The position numbers and the translations under genes were made by a program. Shown here one piece after another: positions 61,755 to 64,000 of a DNA stretch of 64,000 nt. How positions within the stretch are numbered: position 1 is the stretch's first letter; every line of letters begins with the position of its first letter. This stretch comes from Mobula hypostoma (lineage: Eukaryota). Where the stretch lies: NCBI RefSeq assembly GCF_963921235.1, contig NC_086108.1, positions 92,444,001 to 92,508,000 on the forward strand. The letters are read 5' to 3'. The notes beneath the pieces were generated by a model. The model was not told the origin of the DNA. It ran no database searches and was given only the letters and a program-made list of their open reading frames with translations.

Positions 61755-63338
61755 AAAGACTAACTGCAGGAGTATTGAGGTCATGATCACCCAGCGTCAG
61801 CTGCAGTGGCTGGGGCACGTGATAAGGATGCCCCCATGTCGACTACCCTGCAGAGTGTTATACATCCAGCTACATCATGGTCGACACTCAGCTGGAGGGC
61901 CGAAGAAGCGCTATAAGGATCAGATGAATAATGCCTTAAGGAAGTGTGAGATCAGACCCAAGGACCTGGAGGATGTTGCTGCTGACCGTACCACTTAGCG
62001 ACAGCTGTGTAGGGACGGGGTTCGTATTCTGGAGATGGAAAGAACAACCAGAAGACAGCAGAAGAGAGCCAGGAGAAATGCAACCATGGTTACGACCACT
62101 ACCACATCTTCATGTCCCACTTGCAATAGAGCTTGTGGGTCCAGGATAGGACTGTATCCTCATCAAAGATGGACGTCGTCATCGGATTTTGATGGACAAC
62201 CGAAGATGAAGAAGAAGAGAAAGAGTGTACATGACAATAATAAATACAATAAGCACAGCAATGAAAACAAATGATGGAATGGAGCAAAGTACAATACAGT
62301 ACTGCAAACTGAAGCAGTGGAACAAGAAATGTTAAAGAGCTAGGTTGTTCTGACACCGCGGCACAAGGTTGGTCATCTTTCCTGTACTACATCTCATAAT
62401 TTTGTTGACCCAGCCTATAACATTCGTGTCATCAGAAAATAAAGTTGACGCTGTATTTGGCCGCACAGTCATGGGTATACAGATAGTAGAACAGGGGCCT
62501 GAGCATGCAACCCTGGAGAGCTCCAGTGTTAAAGTTAGGGCAGATGAAATGTTAATACCAATTCTTACTGGTCAGAAAGTCAAGAAGCTAGTTGCAGATG
62601 GGAGTCCCAAGACCAAGGTCCAAGAGGTTTACTCTGAGCTTCCAAATCAGAATCAGATGTCTTATCCCTGTTTTATGTGACATGTAATGTGTTGTTTTGC
62701 AGCAGCAGTACTGTGTGAAGACATAAAATGACCATGAATTACAGGATAAATAAACAGTGGGAAGGAAAAGAACAATGAGATAGTGTTCATGGGTTCATGA
62801 ACTGTTCCGATTATGGTATTTGTGCGGTTCTGTTTTTAATTTCAAAGCTGATTGCTGCTTGCTTAGTTTACATTTTGAAATAGTTGATGTAGACTGGTTT
62901 TTATTTGTATTAATGACTAGTATATCTTAAGCTTCATACTTTGACAATGATTGCATATCCCTAACAACCTTTTCTCAACATTCTCTCATTTTCTATTAGT
63001 CGACTATGGGCATCAAATAAGCACATTTGAACTGAAAGTATTTTACCTTGATTCAAAATTCATAGCTGGCAACCATTATAGATATCCAATTAGCAGATAT
63101 TTTTCTGATGCGACCTAAAGATCCATAAGAAATGTGAGCAGGATCAAAATCAGCATCAGGTTTATTAACACAGATATGTCATGAGATTTGCTGTTTTGTG
63201 GTAGTAGTACGGTACAAGACATAAAAATTAATATAAATTACAATAAACAGTGCAAAGGAGGAATAGTGAGGTATTGTTCTTGGGTTTATAAACCATTCAA
63301 AAATCTGATGGCAGAGAGGAAGAGGCTGTTCCTAAAAA

Positions 63339-63971
63339 GAGGGGAAGAGACTGTTCCCAGCGGGAGGGAGGAGAAGATGGCGGCGCGCCTGTGTGTGCGC
63401 AGTCCTCCGGTGAAAAATGATATCGTATCTGTTAAATAGGGGCTGTGGACGATTCTGATTTGACGGAGAGGGACGTGAAAGTACAGAGGAACATCTGGAG
63501 AAATTTCTGAATCACCCGTTTGCTGCTGTCGTTACTACGTGGTCAGGAATCTTTCGGAGGGTAGGCCTCAAAATCCCCGTCCTTGCCTGCTTTTGGCGAC
63601 CGAGAAGGAGGTCAAATCATTCGGACAGAGATGGCACTCAGTACTCGGTGTCAGAGAGCTGATCAGAACTCAAAGTTTTTGGATGACTCAGAGTCGGATT
63701 GTGGTTGGCATGGCAGGGAGAGATTTTCTTCCTTCTCCCGTCTGCATGAGATGTGGGACATTTGAGAGACTTTGAACTTTACTGTGCTCATGGACTTCTT
63801 CATCAAGTTATGGTATGGTTGCATTGTTGTAACTATATGTGGTTTTGTCAGTTTTTTCAGTCTTGGTCTGTCCTGTGTTTTGTGATATCACACCGGAGGA
63901 AATACTGTATCATTTCTTAATGCATGCATTACTAAATGACAATAAAGGAGGACTACGTGTCTTCATAATCT
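63339..63971 (+). mobile_element. Non-coding non-autonomous retroelement (about 630 bp) inserted in a Rex1 3' fragment
   Basis: Host sequence gctgttcctaaaa…ttgagtgtgggtcttcag is split by the insert. 5' gaagatggcggcgcg; 3' aatgacaataaa…taatct; taaaaa on both flanks. Confidence 0.7.
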
Positions 63972-64000
63972 TAAAAAAAAATTTGAGTGTGGGTCTTCAG

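Larger units (their letters stand above)
56400..62223 (+). mobile_element. RTE-clade LINE with an inverted 5' segment (56400-57037, minus) and sense RT/3' part (57040-57740 and 61755-62223)
   Basis: Minus: RNHQDWFDDNS. Plus: APVLFNIF…LQYAGDCAL…FKYLGS…RQLQWLGHVIRM…GGPKKRYKD…CPTCNRACGSRIGL; (GAA)n tail; agtgta on both flanks. Confidence 0.88.

Noticed and set aside
63361..63420. GC-rich AAGATGGCGGCG as the start of a divergent host gene (ALG14 neighbours TLCD4 in human)
   Set aside because: The ORF stops after about 20 codons, shows no ALG14 similarity, and lies inside an insert that splits a LINE fragment.
1..64000. CRISPR arrays, rRNA, intact tRNA genes, prokaryotic operons
   Set aside because: None seen. 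The sequence is vertebrate intronic and intergenic DNA, and recurring short motifs are dispersed transposon ends, not regularly spaced repeats.

Overview
Vertebrate nuclear DNA, AT-rich and dominated by repeats. The repeat mix (CR1, Rex1/Babar, V-SINE-like, Neptune-type Penelope) suggests a cartilaginous fish such as a ray; this is an inference. One host gene is recognisable: TLCD4 (TMEM56) on the minus strand. Four coding exons were found (15075-15220, 12417-12506, 9142-9200, 6364-6458), all with GT-AG boundaries and compatible phases. A probable non-coding first exon lies in a CpG island at about 28.0-28.3 kb; the last two coding exons were not found and probably lie left of base 1. The rest is a nested transposon landscape: a near full-length Penelope-like element plus many hammerhead-bearing pseudo-LTR fragments, two complete but decayed Ty3/Gypsy proviruses, a solo LTR, a deleted Harbinger carrying a palindromic Penelope insert, hAT and Tc1 derivatives, and an RTE > ORF1-only L1 > CR1 nest. 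The most notable observation is the Gypsy at 30847-35230. It has no tRNA primer-binding site. Instead, a 14-nt segment one base inside the 5' LTR boundary is perfectly complementary to the LTR's own AATAAA-containing segment, in the polarity needed for Tf1-style self-priming. Boundaries of old, decayed repeats are approximate.
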